Source: Mobula hypostoma
Taxonomy: Eukaryota
Direction: 5' to 3'
Length of the DNA stretch: 64,000 bases
Assembly: GCF_963921235.1 (NCBI RefSeq)
Contig: NC_086097.1
Location: forward strand, 139,254,001-139,318,000
A program made the translations under genes and the position numbers. A model generated the notes under the pieces. That model was not told the origin of the DNA and did no database searches. It saw only the letters and a program-made list of their open reading frames with translations. Each line of letters begins with the position of its first letter. The first letter of the stretch is position 1. Shown here in pieces: positions 62,345-64,000 of this stretch.

Positions 62345-62519
62345 GAACTGGGCCTCAGCAGCAATGCAGCGTGACTGTTGTAAACAGTGAAAATTCAATC
62401 CAGCTGCTCAACGCCTTCACCTACACGTCAGCTTTGACCCCCGTGGTGACCGCCGTTGAGCCCAGGCAAGGAGGAACAGCAGGAGGCACCAAACTGACCA
62501 TCACGGGATCGGGCTTCAG
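62345..62519 (+). CDS. PKHD1L1: exon 31, IPT/TIG
   Basis: cag|GA...TTCAG|gtgagt; TGPQQQCSVTVVN...FTYTSALTPVVTAVEPRQGGTAGGTKLTITGSGF; phase 1-2. Confidence 0.92.
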
Positions 62520-63204
62520 GTGAGTGTAGGTTCCAATCCAATTGGATATCGCATTCGGAAGAACCTGTCCACTTTTGTGTCATTCTCAGAAGACATGTTA
62601 CTTTTCATTTCCAGGTATAATAATTATTCTTAAACAGCATACTTTTGTTGTATGGAACAAAAGGGATATCATGTATTATGGAACGACTGTTCCCACTGAC
62701 TATCTTGTTGCTGTGATACGTTTCCACTTTGCTACCCAGTGCCTCAGTGTGAGTATCCTTAGCCTGACCAGTCCTCACACAAGCTCTCACTTGTAGGCGT
62801 GAGATAGGCAGATCAAACTTATACTGCCATCTCTGCATCACTCTCCGAACAATATCTGTAGGGAGTCTGGCAATGCCAGTTTAGGTTTCTACTCTCATCC
62901 CTGAGAAATTTGATCCATGTTGTGTGGAGAGTGAACCCTAAACAAGGAGAGGAGTTAGTGGACCTCCAGCTCTTGCAATAATCTGCCCTTGAATAGTGAT
63001 TCAGGGAGTCCCTATTGCCCAGAAGCACAACTGAACCAGGAACACAAAGACTGCGGCTGCAGGGGCAGGCCAGAGACAGGGTATTTTCCAGTGCCCCCCC
63101 CCCCCCATGTGGAGACTGTGAAGGAACGTTCAGTGCCCATTGAGTGCAGCTCCAGCAACAGTCAAGACACTCAACCCCAACCAGTTCAGAGCAGCCCAGT
63201 TGAT

Positions 63205-63812
63205 TAGGTTATGAAGTCATGCAGTCCTCTTTTATTGTCATTTAGTAATGCATGCATTAAGAAACGATACAATATTTCCTCCGGTGTTATATCACAAAAC
63301 ACAGGACAGACCAAGACTGAAAAAAAACCAAAACCACATAATTATAACATATAGTTACAACAATGCAACAGTACCATAACTTGATGAAAAAGTCCATGAG
63401 CACAGTAAAAGTTCAAAGTCTCTCAAATGTCCCATATCTCACGCAGACGGGTGAAGGGAGGAAAACTCTCCCTGCCATACCTGACTCTGAGTCATCCGAA
63501 AACTTCGAGCTCTGATCAGCTCTCCAACACCGAGTACTGAGCGCCATCACTATCTGAACGAATCGACCTCCTTCTCAGTCGCCAACAGCAGGCAAAGCCA
63601 GGGATTTTGAGGCCTTCCCTCAGAAAGATTCCCGACCGCGCAGTAACGACAGCAGCGAACGAGCGTTTCAGAAATTTTTCCAGATGTTCCTCTGTGCTTT
63701 CACACCCCTCTCTATCAAATCAGAATTGTCCACGGCCCCTATTTAATGGATACAATATCATTTTTCACTGGGGGGCTGCACACGCACGGTGCACTGCTTT
63801 CTCTCCTCCCGC
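63205..63812 (-). mobile_element. probable non-autonomous retroposon
   Basis: Minus-strand 3' end tgcattactaaatgacaataaaaagaggactg resembles the Rex-type tail at 16230; CpG-rich body. Confidence 0.45.
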
Positions 63813-64000
63813 CTATCACCAGAAGACATTGCATATCACCAGAAGACATTGGAGCAGAAATAGGCTATTTGGCCCATTGAATTTGCTCTGCCATTCACTC
63901 ATGGCTAATTTATTATCCCTCTCAACCCTAATCTCCTGCCTTCTCCCCATACACCATCCACCACCCTAAACACACACTCTCTCCACCACCGACACACAGT

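Larger units (their letters stand above)
2279..62519 (+). other. PKHD1L1: PKHD1L1 (fibrocystin-L) gene, internal portion, 31 coding exons in window; partial at both ends
   Basis: Chain of AG/GT(GC)-bounded exons with matching phases. The spliced translation follows fibrocystin-L order as I recall it: IPT, PA14 (GRGLKVE...RLSGFFVAP...YRFYI), then many IPT/TIG repeats. Confidence 0.93.

Noticed and set aside
2279..62519. Assignment to the paralog PKHD1 (fibrocystin)
   Set aside because: Motifs such as ALNDLWSIKPDTV, IPSKCSGDCG, GDLFRTP and YSSGYID, and the exon order, match my recollection of PKHD1L1; a reciprocal BLAST would confirm.
63814..63851. Direct repeat tatcaccagaagacattg x2 as a TSD
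   Set aside because: The copies are adjacent (2 nt apart), so this is a simple local duplication.

Overview
Vertebrate genomic DNA, most likely from a cartilaginous fish (shark or ray), inferred from the CR1, Penelope, Rex and SINE repeat landscape. The window lies entirely inside one + strand gene, PKHD1L1 (fibrocystin-L). I reconstructed 31 consecutive internal coding exons (2279..62519) encoding an IPT/TIG domain, the PA14 region and a long run of IPT/TIG repeats; start and stop codons lie outside the window. Thirty exons are open and phase-compatible. One exon (46777..46940) carries a frameshift, and two introns use GC donors. The introns hold a young Penelope-like element with ~430-bp inverted arms, a 15-bp TSD and minimal hammerhead ribozymes. 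They also hold a decayed ERV-like element, CR1 and Rex-type LINE pieces, hAT, Tc1 and Tigger DNA-transposon derivatives, SINEs and several minisatellites. The most unusual observations are an antisense ~90-nt copy of part of a PKHD1L1 exon inside a SINE two introns downstream, the frameshifted exon, a hammerhead in host-sense orientation, and a 39-bp VNTR that is open on both strands. Exon numbers are window-relative. Family assignments come from motif recognition, not database searches.
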